The notes under the pieces: generated by a model | Databases searched by the model: none | What the model saw: the letters and a program-made list of their open reading frames with translations, nothing else | What the model was told of the DNA's origin: nothing | Position numbers and translations under genes: made by a program | NCBI GenBank assembly: GCA_017411605.1 | Contig: JAFQPR010000076.1 | Location: 2,328-66,327, forward strand | Length of the DNA: 64,000 nucleotides | DNA from: Clostridia bacterium | GTDB lineage: Bacteria; Bacillota; Clostridia; Oscillospirales; CAG-272 | Direction of reading: 5' to 3' | Shown: positions 27,728-37,074 of the stretch, piece by piece | Layout: each line of letters begins with the position of its first letter | How positions within the stretch are numbered: position 1 is the first letter of the stretch

Positions 27728-28941
27728 TTTATGTACTCCTCGAGAATTGAGGTATAGTTATCAATAATATAGTTGGCGTCTTCATCGGAAAGACGGGTAT
27801 GCAATGGGAGTGTGATCTCGTTTGCAAAGTGAAGATATGCATTAGGATAATCCTTGATGTCGAAACCGAGATTCTTATAAGCGGTATGCATCGGAAGCGG
27901 TTTGTAATGCACGTTGCACGCAATTCCGCGCTCTGCCATTTTTATAATGATTTCGTTTCTCTCAGCCGCGGTTATTCCGGGAATTCGAGTTATGTATAAA
28001 TGTCCCGACGAGCTATAACTGTCAGAATAGTGCTTCAAGACCTCAACGCCGAGAGGGATGAGCTTTGAATCAAATCGCTCAATAAGCTCTCTTCTTCTTG
28101 CGAGCATAGTGTTATATCTTTTGAATTGAGCTAATCCCATCGCCGCGGCAACGTCGGTCATATTGCACTTGTAATACGTGCCGACTATATCGTATTCCCA
28201 AGCTCCGAGCTGCGTCTTTGCCAAGGCATCCTTTGATTGACCGTGCAGCGAAAGAAGCTGAAGCTGATTGTAGATATCGTCATTGCCTATACCCGGAATG
28301 CTTTTCCAAGTAAGAGCGCCACCTTCCGCAGTTGTGAAGTTCTTTACCGCATGGAAGGAAAAAGATGAAAAATCAGCAAGCATACCTGCGGGAACACCGT
28401 TTCTCGAAGCGCCGAATGAGTGCGCGGTATCCGCCATTACGGCAATCCTTCCAAGCGCACGTTGAATATCACTTTCGGGCTTGAAAATATTACTTTTTTT
28501 AGAAGCAATTTCATATATCTTGTCATAGTCGCAGGGGATTCCCGCAATGTCAACCGGAATGATAGCTTTAGTCTTTTCTGTTATTGATGCTTCAAGCTTA
28601 TCATAGTCCATCTCAAGACTGTTTTCTTGCGTATCCACAAGGACAATAGTAGCACCGATATGGTCAATAACGGATGCGGATGCAGTGTAAGTATACGCGG
28701 AGGTTATAACCTCGTCGCCGGGCTTGATTCCAAGTACGCGAAGCGCAAGCTCGGCGCATGCGGTTTGCGAATTCAGACAAACGCATCTTTCGCTTCCAAC
28801 GTATTCTGCTACCTTAGCCTCGAGTTCTTTTGTTCGCGGACCGGTTGTTATCCAACCCGATCTGAGAGCATCCGAGACTTCTTTTATTTCTTCTTCTGTG
28901 ATATCCGGAGGAGAAAAAGGAATTTTTCTCACTGATTCCAT
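27724..28941 (-). CDS. DegT/DnrJ/EryC1/StrS-family sugar aminotransferase (PglE-like, acts on a 4-keto-6-deoxy sugar)
   Basis: PFSPPDITEEEI..V...L.SGW.T.GP and SFHA.KN (PLP Lys) motifs. Confidence 0.9.
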   Translation of the reverse strand: MESVRKIPFSPPDITEEEIKEVSDALRSGWITTGPRTKELEAKVAEYVGSERCVCLNSQTACAELALRVLGIKPGDEVITSAYTYTASASVIDHIGATIVLVDTQENSLEMDYDKLEASITEKTKAIIPVDIAGIPCDYDKIYEIASKKSNIFKPESDIQRALGRIAVMADTAHSFGASRNGVPAGMLADFSSFSFHAVKNFTTAEGGALTWKSIPGIGNDDIYNQLQLLSLHGQSKDALAKTQLGAWEYDIVGTYYKCNMTDVAAAMGLAQFKRYNTMLARRRELIERFDSKLIPLGVEVLKHYSDSYSSSGHLYITRIPGITAAERNEIIIKMAERGIACNVHYKPLPMHTAYKNLGFDIKDYPNAYLHFANEITLPLHTRLSDEDANYIIDNYTSILEEYIK

Positions 28942-28966
28942 AATATAGTCCTCTATAATTTTTATT

Positions 28967-30910
28967 TCAAACTTTCACTTCTTTTTGACCGCGCTTCATC
29001 TCCTCAGCCTCTTCCGCGGTAGCGTTTACCTCTTCGGGGGTCTTGAAGGTGGGAACTGCTTTCATAAGCGCCGCGCGCACAGCCTCGTCGTCACCGGACT
29101 CGCAAGCCGCGCGAAGCGAGTCGAGCCTGTCGGCGAGATCGTCGTCTGAGATGGGGGTATCTCTTTCGACAAAAATAAGGCTGTTTTCAGTCTTGTCAAG
29201 CTCTTCGGTCTTGACGAGAAGCTCTTCGTAGAGCTTTTCTCCGGGACGAAGTCCCGTTTCTATTATTTCAACGTCAAATGCGCCCGAAAGGCGTATCATA
29301 TTTTCGGCAAGGTCGAGTATCTTGACGGGCTCGCCCATATCGAGCACGAAAAGCTCGCCGTTGTTCGCTAGCGCGCCCGACTCGAGAACGAGCTCGGCAG
29401 CCTCGGGAATTGTCATAAAGTAGCGGATAATGCGCTTGTCCGTAATGGTAATAGGACCGCCGCTCGCGATCTGGCGCTTAAAGAGGGGAATTACCGAGCC
29501 CGCAGAGCCAAGCACGTTTCCAAAACGTGTTGCGCTGTACTTAACAGTGCCGTTCACACTGGCGTTCTTCACGATAATTTCGCACATTCTTTTGGTAGCG
29601 CCCATAACGTTCGTCGGGTTAACAGCCTTGTCAGTCGATACCATCATAAATCGGTCAGTCGAGTATTTCTCGCAAAGCTCGACGAGATTTTTCGTTCCGA
29701 AGACGTTGTTTTCAACCGCTTCGATGCAGTTATGCTCCATAAGCGGTACGTGCTTATGCGCCGCGGCGTTGATAACGATGTTCGGGCGATATGTAGCAAA
29801 TAGCCTGTCCATAGCGCGCTTGTTCGTTATCGATGCTATTTCGATTCTTATATCAACACTCTTTTTGTAGAGAATGTTCAGCTCCTGCTGAACGTCGTAT
29901 GCGCCGTTCTCGTAAATATCAAGAATGATGATCATCTTGGGCTGCATCCTTGCAAGCTGTCTGCAAAGCTCCGAGCCGATAGATCCGCCGCCGCCCGTAA
30001 TAAGGATCACCTTATTCTTGTAATACGCCGTCGTCTTTTCGTCGTGAATAACGATAGGTTTTCTGAAAAGCAGCTCCTCAATATCAAACTCTCTGATCTG
30101 CCGCTTTTCGGATGAAGCGTTCATAAAGGGATAGTCGTAAACCTTTACCTTGTAGCCCGCATGGGTGTAATACTTGTAAAGTCTTTGCTTGTTTTCCTCA
30201 TCAAGATTGGGAAGGGCAAAGAGTACTTCAACGATATCGTGGCTCTTGAGGTATTCAAGCGTTGCTTCGCTTTCGAGAAAAACGGGAAGACCGAGAATTT
30301 GTCTGTTAACCTTGTCGTTTCTGACGTCGATAAAGCACCTCGGTGAATAAGGCGAATTTTTTGCATTGATAAGCTCCTCGGCAAGAGATACTCCGATGTG
30401 ACCTGCGCCGATAATAGCAATCTTGATCTTCTTCGCATCTTCTTTTATTTCATGCTCCACGTCAGCACCCGCAAAAATATGAAGCAAGAAGCCTAAAAAT
30501 TTACCGTAAGCCGTTCTTGAATTTCTGTAGTTATACGCATATCTGTACATCATTCTGATAGACAGAGAAGCAAGCAGATAAACGCAAGCTATGGAAAGTA
30601 GCCTTGCGAAAGTGACCTCGGCTACAGGAAGAACGCTCTGTATGATCCAGTTCGCGATAAAGGCTATCGTATCAACTATGAGAAGCCTTATGTAGCACTG
30701 CACGCCTCCATAGCGCCATAACTGCCGATATATACTGCCGATAAACCTCGCGGTAAAAATGCAGGCAAGGGAAATCGCGCCCTGTATCAAAGCCTCTAGC
30801 GGGGTAAGTGCCTCGTTCCCTCTGTAGAGGTAGAGTAGGAAGAACTCCGTCGCAATAAATATTAAAATGTCATAGACTATCAGTTGCCATCTGACGTAAA
30901 TTTTTTTCAT
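28967..30910 (-). CDS. Membrane-anchored UDP-sugar 4,6-dehydratase (CapD/PglF/WbpM family)
   Basis: N-terminal TM helices followed by two Rossmann motifs (IIGAGHIG and ITGGGGSIGSEL) and MVSTDKAVNPTNVMGATKR. ATG 30910 is preceded by GGGAG. The track ORF opens at 30925. Confidence 0.9.
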   Translation of the reverse strand: MKKIYVRWQLIVYDILIFIATEFFLLYLYRGNEALTPLEALIQGAISLACIFTARFIGSIYRQLWRYGGVQCYIRLLIVDTIAFIANWIIQSVLPVAEVTFARLLSIACVYLLASLSIRMMYRYAYNYRNSRTAYGKFLGFLLHIFAGADVEHEIKEDAKKIKIAIIGAGHIGVSLAEELINAKNSPYSPRCFIDVRNDKVNRQILGLPVFLESEATLEYLKSHDIVEVLFALPNLDEENKQRLYKYYTHAGYKVKVYDYPFMNASSEKRQIREFDIEELLFRKPIVIHDEKTTAYYKNKVILITGGGGSIGSELCRQLARMQPKMIIILDIYENGAYDVQQELNILYKKSVDIRIEIASITNKRAMDRLFATYRPNIVINAAAHKHVPLMEHNCIEAVENNVFGTKNLVELCEKYSTDRFMMVSTDKAVNPTNVMGATKRMCEIIVKNASVNGTVKYSATRFGNVLGSAGSVIPLFKRQIASGGPITITDKRIIRYFMTIPEAAELVLESGALANNGELFVLDMGEPVKILDLAENMIRLSGAFDVEIIETGLRPGEKLYEELLVKTEELDKTENSLIFVERDTPISDDDLADRLDSLRAACESGDDEAVRAALMKAVPTFKTPEEVNATAEEAEEMKRGQKEVKV

Positions 30911-31089
30911 AAAATGCTCCCGCATGTAATTATTATATTTAATAAACTGCCAACGAATAGTATAACACGGAGAGATTTAAATTTCAATAATAAAAAAATA
31001 TAAATTAATATTTATAATATTATTTTAAACATTTTATACAACATTTTTGTCGATTTTTGAGCATTTTTGATAAAGCGCAAAGCATAATT

Positions 31090-31126
31090 AAAGCCGCCTC
31101 AATCTTTTTAGCGAGGCGGCTTTTAC
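31090..31126 (-). terminator. Intrinsic terminator downstream of the MazG-like gene
   Basis: 10-bp perfect stem AAGCCGCCTC / GAGGCGGCTT with T-rich flanks. It separates the MazG-like gene from the polysaccharide-locus promoter region. Confidence 0.6.
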
Positions 31127-31145
31127 AATAATAACGTTTTTTATA

Positions 31146-31475
31146 TCAGTCGTCTTTTCTGTTTAAGGAGTTTCGAGTAGAGAAGCCTTCGGGATACCGA
31201 GCTTTAAGCTTGTCGATATTCTTTGTAAGCACTTCTTCAAGCGAAACCCCCAGCACGTGTGCGATTTCGGCTATATACCACGCAACGTCACCGAGCTCTT
31301 TAATGATTTTATCGCGATCAAGCTCGTGCCCTTGTGCAAGCCATTTCTTGACGATGTCAATAACCTCTCCGGACTCTCCGCAAAGTCCCATAACTCCGTT
31401 GATGAGAATATCTTTTTCGTCGAGGTTTGGATTGAGCGTTGTCATCGCGAGTTTTTGATATTCATTTATAGTCAT
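31146..31475 (-). CDS. Small MazG-like nucleotide pyrophosphohydrolase
   Basis: 109 aa. INEYQ..A..T.......L....MGL.GE.GE..D..KK......H.......ELGDV.WY is characteristic of the MazG-like all-alpha NTP-PPase family. Confidence 0.8.
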   Translation of the reverse strand: MTINEYQKLAMTTLNPNLDEKDILINGVMGLCGESGEVIDIVKKWLAQGHELDRDKIIKELGDVAWYIAEIAHVLGVSLEEVLTKNIDKLKARYPEGFSTRNSLNRKDD

Positions 31476-31526
31476 TTGAATCTCCTTGCTTGTTTTTGAG
31501 AATAATTATTTACAAATCGAGGTGAT

Positions 31527-33737
31527 TTAGTTAAAATTCAGATCGTTGTATATCTTGCCATCATCTGTATGAACAGCTAAAACACATCCTGCATAGAATG
31601 TCTTTCCGTTCCAATTGCAAGCTGCAATTTCAAACGTCATAACCGTATCCTTGTAATCCTCAAGCCACGAATATTGACCCGAGCCCGAGCAGTAGAGCGT
31701 TATAGCGGTCTTCTCGTCCTCGCTCTTGAATTTTACCGCGGTATAGTGGTAGGTAGTCTCAAAAACAATCTTTCCCTTGAGCACGAAAGCTGTGGTTGAG
31801 TAGTCGGTCATAACATCAAGATTATAGAAATCCTCAGGTGTTTTGTCAGCTACGAATCCTTCGGTGCTGTATTCGTGATTACCGTAGTAATTTGCGACAA
31901 CGGTAGCGTTGTTGAGGCAAGTCTGACCGTATTGCTTATTTAAATCCTTGTAGAATCTATCTCTTGTAGCTTCAATTACGATTTCGTAACCGATCTCGAG
32001 TGTAGCCATAACGTCTTCGGTTGCAAGGACTGCTATCATATCTGCGCCGTCGAAGAGATAGAAGCCGACCTTGTTAACGAGTGAAGGGCCAACGATTCCT
32101 TTAACCTTTACTGTGTCGCCAACGCTTGCAGTGATAGCATCTTTTACAGAAATGTAATCAGCGGATTCTGCATTTACAACTTTGATACTGATCGTCTTCG
32201 AGTATTCTTTTTCTCCGAGCTTGCCTGTTACGGTTACGTTTGCGATGCCTTCCGCGCCGCAATGGAATATTGTTTTTCCATCTTCCTCGGTGAAGTAAAC
32301 GACCGATGTATTATCCGAGAAATAAGTGAGAGTGACGCCCTCAAATCCAAGCAGCTCCGATGAAACGCTTGTTATAAGCTCTGTTGCGGGGTCTCCCGTA
32401 TAGCTGTCAAGAAAATCTTTTGTGCCGTAGTATTCAACTGCAAATTCGGGAGCATCTGCGGTATCGAATGTGTAGTTTTCATCTATAACTGTGATAGGAA
32501 GGAATCTATAGATACAGTCTGCCGCTGTTGCTTTAGCGTTAAGTACAGTAAAATAAACAGTACAGATCTTTCCGTCGTATTTATCAAGCCAGGAGAAGTC
32601 ATCACCGCTGCACTGAGTATAGGTATATGAGCCCGTAAATCCGTCGAGGTCGTCTATATAGTAGTTAGTGAAGCCCGTGCCTTCAACCTTCTTAACCAAA
32701 GCGGTAACCTTGAAGATTTTAGTTGTAATATTCTCCGAGAAAGGCGTTTCCATAATACTCTTGACTGTCGTTTCCTCTATCCACGAGGTGTCGTAAGGCG
32801 TATTTCCTTTATCGTTTGAAAGTAGTCTTGCATCCGTAAGCTGGCAGCAGCCCTGATAGCCGAATTTTGTTGCATTGTCAATTTCTTTGTCGAGAATCCA
32901 ATAATCCTTTGTGCCGAGAAGCGTTACAGTGTTTCCAACGGAAACCTGACCTGCTACGTCGACGTCGTAGACATAAATGGACGAAGTATTATCAATAAGC
33001 ATAAAACCGCTTGGGATAAAACCGTCAGCGTAAGTTATAGCGGCAACGACGCCGTCGAGCTTGATTTTTGCTCCCTTAGCTGCCTCTCTTGCATCGGCTG
33101 CGGTCATATCGGTATAATCCGCTTCGTTAACGTCAAGCTCGCCTTTTTTAAATTCTATTAAGCGCGCGTTTTTTACTTCCTTCGTTCCGTCATAATTCTG
33201 AAGGATACAATGAAGGAGAACTTCGTCACCCTTGACGGGCTTGTATTCAAAATCCGCGTAACCGACAGATCCGTCTGCGGAATAAGTACCGTAAACGTAT
33301 ATTTCACCCGTTGAATCATAAATAGTCATTGCGCCGTATTTGGGGTTATCAACGGATTTAATTGTTGCTCTGATATAATACCTTTCGGTGGTAATATTTC
33401 CTTCAGCGCCGCAAAGCTCGAGCGCCTCTGCTACGGTTATGCACGTAATCGCATCTTTATCATCTCCGTCAGAGCTGCTACCGTCATCTCCTGTAGAATC
33501 ATCGGTGTTATTATCACCGCCGCCATCGGGAGCTTCGGCTGTGCCGTCATCTGCGTCATCATCGCCGTTTTTACCGTTTAATTTGTCAAAAAAATTAACT
33601 ATCGGATTATCTTCGCCAAGCTTTGAGGCAAGAAATTCTTCAAGAGCCTCGGGGGTTACAGGGCCACACGACGTAAGTGTGAAAATCATAAGCGAAAGCA
33701 AAAGGGTTGAACATAGAATAGCTTTTAAAAATTTCAT
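31527..33737 (-). CDS. Large surface lipoprotein with an acidic linker and several repeated beta-rich (OB-like) modules plus an Ig-like segment. Function unknown.
   Basis: Lipobox LTSC-G after a hydrophobic leader, then a D/G/S-rich spacer. Recurring pattern (...V.G.V......GF.L.D.....V...) occurs about 4-5 times. Confidence 0.7.
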   Translation of the reverse strand: MKFLKAILCSTLLLSLMIFTLTSCGPVTPEALEEFLASKLGEDNPIVNFFDKLNGKNGDDDADDGTAEAPDGGGDNNTDDSTGDDGSSSDGDDKDAITCITVAEALELCGAEGNITTERYYIRATIKSVDNPKYGAMTIYDSTGEIYVYGTYSADGSVGYADFEYKPVKGDEVLLHCILQNYDGTKEVKNARLIEFKKGELDVNEADYTDMTAADAREAAKGAKIKLDGVVAAITYADGFIPSGFMLIDNTSSIYVYDVDVAGQVSVGNTVTLLGTKDYWILDKEIDNATKFGYQGCCQLTDARLLSNDKGNTPYDTSWIEETTVKSIMETPFSENITTKIFKVTALVKKVEGTGFTNYYIDDLDGFTGSYTYTQCSGDDFSWLDKYDGKICTVYFTVLNAKATAADCIYRFLPITVIDENYTFDTADAPEFAVEYYGTKDFLDSYTGDPATELITSVSSELLGFEGVTLTYFSDNTSVVYFTEEDGKTIFHCGAEGIANVTVTGKLGEKEYSKTISIKVVNAESADYISVKDAITASVGDTVKVKGIVGPSLVNKVGFYLFDGADMIAVLATEDVMATLEIGYEIVIEATRDRFYKDLNKQYGQTCLNNATVVANYYGNHEYSTEGFVADKTPEDFYNLDVMTDYSTTAFVLKGKIVFETTYHYTAVKFKSEDEKTAITLYCSGSGQYSWLEDYKDTVMTFEIAACNWNGKTFYAGCVLAVHTDDGKIYNDLNFN

Positions 33738-33813
33738 ATTGAAATCTCCTTTTTTATTTCTTTATTAATTATAACTCCGAAAATATAAAAAGTAAAGATA
33801 AAAACCGTATTTT

Positions 33814-33852
33814 ATAAAAAAACCGCTCCGCGGTAAACCCAACGGAACGGTT
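33814..33852 (-). terminator. Intrinsic terminator of the GH38 gene
   Basis: On the minus strand: AACCGTTCCG-loop-CGGAGCGGTT followed by TTTTTTTAT. Confidence 0.75.
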
Positions 33853-33867
33853 AAAATATAAATGTAA

Positions 33868-36800
33868 TTACTTCACAAATCTTATAGTTTCGATTTCAAA
33901 GTTATTCATAGGGAGAGTAACGCTATTATTTGTGATTGCAATTTCCTTGATAGGATTCTCCATAAGGTCACAAAGATAAGCCTTTGAGAACTTCTCTCCA
34001 AGCGTAAGAGTAGCAGAGGAATGAGCATTATACGCTTCGTAGAGCCTTACGATAAGGTCATCGCTGTCTTCGGCGCGCTTGATGCCTTCAACAATAACCG
34101 AGTCGCTGTCGCACGAAACGAGAGAATACTCCTCGGGGAGAGTGCCTGAGCACTTGCAGATCTCGATAAAATCTGCGGGTTGATTAAGTGAATAAGCCTC
34201 TTCGATAACTCGACCGTCTTTGATGTCACCTGTGTGAGGAATGAGGGAAATTGTAAACGAATGTTTACCCATATCTGCGTTTTTGTTCGGGAAAGTAGGT
34301 CCTCGAAGGCAGCTTACGGTTATTGTGCCTTCATCTGCGGAGAAGCCGTATTTGGAATCGTTTAGCACAGCAATTCCGTAACCCGACTCGGAAATATCAA
34401 CCCATTTGTGGGCGCAAACTTCAAATTTAGCCTGATCCCAGCTTGTGTTACGGTGCGTAGGTCTTTCGGTGTGACCGTACTGTATTTCGAATGTAGCCGA
34501 GCTTGAATGCACGTCGAAGGGGAATGCAAGCTTCATTATCTGATGCTTTTCGTGCCAATCAAAGTCGTTCTCAATATCAATTCTCGGACTTCCCGAATAG
34601 ATCCAAACGGTTTGAGTGAATTCGGAATTCATATAGCTTCTTGAGAAGCGAATACCCACTCTGTCACCGTCGTGGATAATCTCTGAGCTTGCAGGAGAAT
34701 CCTGGATATACGTCTTGGTTGCATAATCGTGCTCAAGCTCCCAGGCATCGTATTCGTGAGGGAAGTCCTCGTAGAGTCTAATCTCATTAGCGGGAGCGGA
34801 TAAAACGTTTCGTGAAACTCTCTTATCATAGAGAGAAGAGATGCGTCCTGCATCATCAAAAGTTAATGTATAGAACTCGTTCTCAAGACGGCGGCTTTCT
34901 GCAATAAGTGCCGATGCGTGTGAAATGGGCTTAACTACTTTCCAACCTAAAGCCGGAATCATTTCATCTGTAATATAGCACTTGCCATCAACTTTAATTT
35001 TGGCGCGACGTGGGAAACCAAGCGCGTTGTAAACAAATATACCGCCATCCGTGTTAAGCTTTGATGATATTGATTTGAGTTTGCTCTCACTTTCTGCTGC
35101 GATGAAGGATAGAATTCTTTCGTAATCCTTCGCGCTGTCGATATAAACCTCTTCTATTGATGAGCCGGGGAGTATATCGTGGAACTGATCGTGAAGCACC
35201 TCTATCCATTTTTTATCAAGCTGCGCTTTATCGTATGAGCCTCCGAAGAGCATATCCGTGTAAGATAGCGCCTCAACTTTAGCAAGTCCAAACTCTGATC
35301 TTCTGTTTCCTCGCTTGTTGTTTGCCATTGTTGTGTAAGTTCCCCTGTGAAATTCGAGGTATAACTCACCGATCCATTTAGGGACTTTGCGCAATTTTTC
35401 TGTGCTATCCAGGAATTCTGCTTCGAGATCTTTGAGGTAAGGAAGAAGAAATTCGCTCTTCGCTACAGGAAAAGCGGGAAGACCTCTCATAAGACGCTTC
35501 AGCTTTTCAAGCATATCTTTTGTAGGACCTCCGCCTCCGTCGCCGTAACCGTAAGTGTTAAATGACGAGGAAACGTAGCCTTTGTCCGTCTGCCTGTGCC
35601 ATGTTCCGTATACGAAATCGGGATCGCAGTTTCCTACGTAGGTTGTGCCTCTGTCAGGAGCTTTTCCTTTGTGATATCTTTGTCCCGAAATGAATGTCGT
35701 GAATATTTCCGTACCGTCAATACCTTGCCATATGAAGGTATCGTGAGGAACTGTGTTTGTATCGTTCCAGCTTATCTTTGATGTTACGAAATAGTCAACG
35801 CCCGATTTCTTGAGTATCTGCGGCATAGCGGCGCTGTATCCGAAAACGTCGGGGAGAAAGAGCACCTTGGATTCTTTACCGAATTCATCTTTAAAGAATT
35901 TCTTACCGTAAAGGAGCTGACGAACAAGGCTTTCTCCCGAGGTAAGATTGCAGTCGCACTCAACGTACATTGAGCCTTCAGGCTCCCATCTTCCTTCTCT
36001 GACAAGCTCTTTAAGCTCCTCATATTTTTCGGGAGCTTCATCTTTCAGATACTGATAAAGGTTCGGCTGCGAGAGCATAAATTTGTACTCGGGATATTTA
36101 TCCATAAGAGCTTTCGCGGTTGAGAAGCTACATTGGATCTTTTCCTTCGTAACGTATCTTGACCAGCGCCATTCAACGTCGATATGCGTGTGACCGAGGC
36201 AGATTACTTCGGGCTTGCCTTCGCTAGAGCAGAGTTTTTTGTAATATTCATTTTCGAAGAAGTCGATTGCGCGGTCAACACTCGCGAAGAATTCTTTGGA
36301 ATGAATACTTCTGAGGTCAAGGATATTTATTGCCATTTCAAGAAGTGCGAGAGTCTTGTGATATTCCGCGGAATGCGCGTCGTAAACCTTGGAGCACGCT
36401 TCAAAGGGAACAAGCAGATCGTAATAGAGCTTTTCGACTTTCGTGTATATTTTAGCAACCGTATAGCTTATTCCAAAATGCTCTCTTTCTGCCGTGTACC
36501 AATATGAAAGCATATCGTAATGTGTTGAGGGCTCGATTGCGTTTTCCTTGTGGTTAAGGTCAATACCCTGAACTATTTTTCCGTTTAGGAAGAGAAGCGC
36601 TTGCGGATTGAGTGCATCCCAGCCCGAAAGGCCTGTATCAACTCTTAAGCAGTATTCCGTATCGGGTTCAGCGGCAGGGGTATCAAATTCTCCCTTTATC
36701 CAATAATGGCAGTATTTTTTACTGCACGTGGTGAAGGGCTTGTATTCGCCATCGGGCGGAGTGTTTGAGGTCTTGAAATCACTTTCAATAGCAGTGAGCC

Positions 36801-36882
36801 CGTCGACCTTGTAGAGCGCGACGCTTGATGCTCGTTGGAGATTTTCAAGAGCCATTTTGATCTTGTTCATTGCATCTGCCAT
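33868..36882 (-). CDS. GH38 alpha-mannosidase
   Basis: 1004 aa. GHTHIDVEWRW, LPDVFGY, and QFHDILPGS are hallmark GH38 motifs. Confidence 0.9.
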   Translation of the reverse strand: MADAMNKIKMALENLQRASSVALYKVDGLTAIESDFKTSNTPPDGEYKPFTTCSKKYCHYWIKGEFDTPAAEPDTEYCLRVDTGLSGWDALNPQALLFLNGKIVQGIDLNHKENAIEPSTHYDMLSYWYTAEREHFGISYTVAKIYTKVEKLYYDLLVPFEACSKVYDAHSAEYHKTLALLEMAINILDLRSIHSKEFFASVDRAIDFFENEYYKKLCSSEGKPEVICLGHTHIDVEWRWSRYVTKEKIQCSFSTAKALMDKYPEYKFMLSQPNLYQYLKDEAPEKYEELKELVREGRWEPEGSMYVECDCNLTSGESLVRQLLYGKKFFKDEFGKESKVLFLPDVFGYSAAMPQILKKSGVDYFVTSKISWNDTNTVPHDTFIWQGIDGTEIFTTFISGQRYHKGKAPDRGTTYVGNCDPDFVYGTWHRQTDKGYVSSSFNTYGYGDGGGGPTKDMLEKLKRLMRGLPAFPVAKSEFLLPYLKDLEAEFLDSTEKLRKVPKWIGELYLEFHRGTYTTMANNKRGNRRSEFGLAKVEALSYTDMLFGGSYDKAQLDKKWIEVLHDQFHDILPGSSIEEVYIDSAKDYERILSFIAAESESKLKSISSKLNTDGGIFVYNALGFPRRAKIKVDGKCYITDEMIPALGWKVVKPISHASALIAESRRLENEFYTLTFDDAGRISSLYDKRVSRNVLSAPANEIRLYEDFPHEYDAWELEHDYATKTYIQDSPASSEIIHDGDRVGIRFSRSYMNSEFTQTVWIYSGSPRIDIENDFDWHEKHQIMKLAFPFDVHSSSATFEIQYGHTERPTHRNTSWDQAKFEVCAHKWVDISESGYGIAVLNDSKYGFSADEGTITVSCLRGPTFPNKNADMGKHSFTISLIPHTGDIKDGRVIEEAYSLNQPADFIEICKCSGTLPEEYSLVSCDSDSVIVEGIKRAEDSDDLIVRLYEAYNAHSSATLTLGEKFSKAYLCDLMENPIKEIAITNNSVTLPMNNFEIETIRFVK

Positions 36883-36935
36883 AGTGTTTCTCCTTTTTAA
36901 TATTTTTTGCTACTACAATTTTATAATAGTAGTGC

Positions 36936-36964
36936 TTGATTTTCTATCTTTATTGTGATAAAAT
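36936..36964 (+). promoter_or_regulatory. Candidate sigma-70-type promoter for the AraC gene at 37075
   Basis: TTGATT, 17-nt spacer, TAAAAT, preceded by TGa (extended -10). Confidence 0.4.
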
Positions 36965-37074
36965 ATAAATCGTTAATATTTTTTTGAAAAAAGTATTTTT
37001 ATTAAGGAATATAAAGAAAAAGCAGGATAATAATATATTAAAAAATTATATTACTATTGTGATACGGAGTAAAA

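Noticed and set aside
30926-31090. Very AT-rich stretch upstream of the polysaccharide locus, checked for CRISPR-like or other periodic repeats
   Set aside because: No repeat-spacer periodicity is present. It looks like an ordinary AT-rich promoter region. Several weak -35/-10 combinations are possible and none is compelling enough to annotate.
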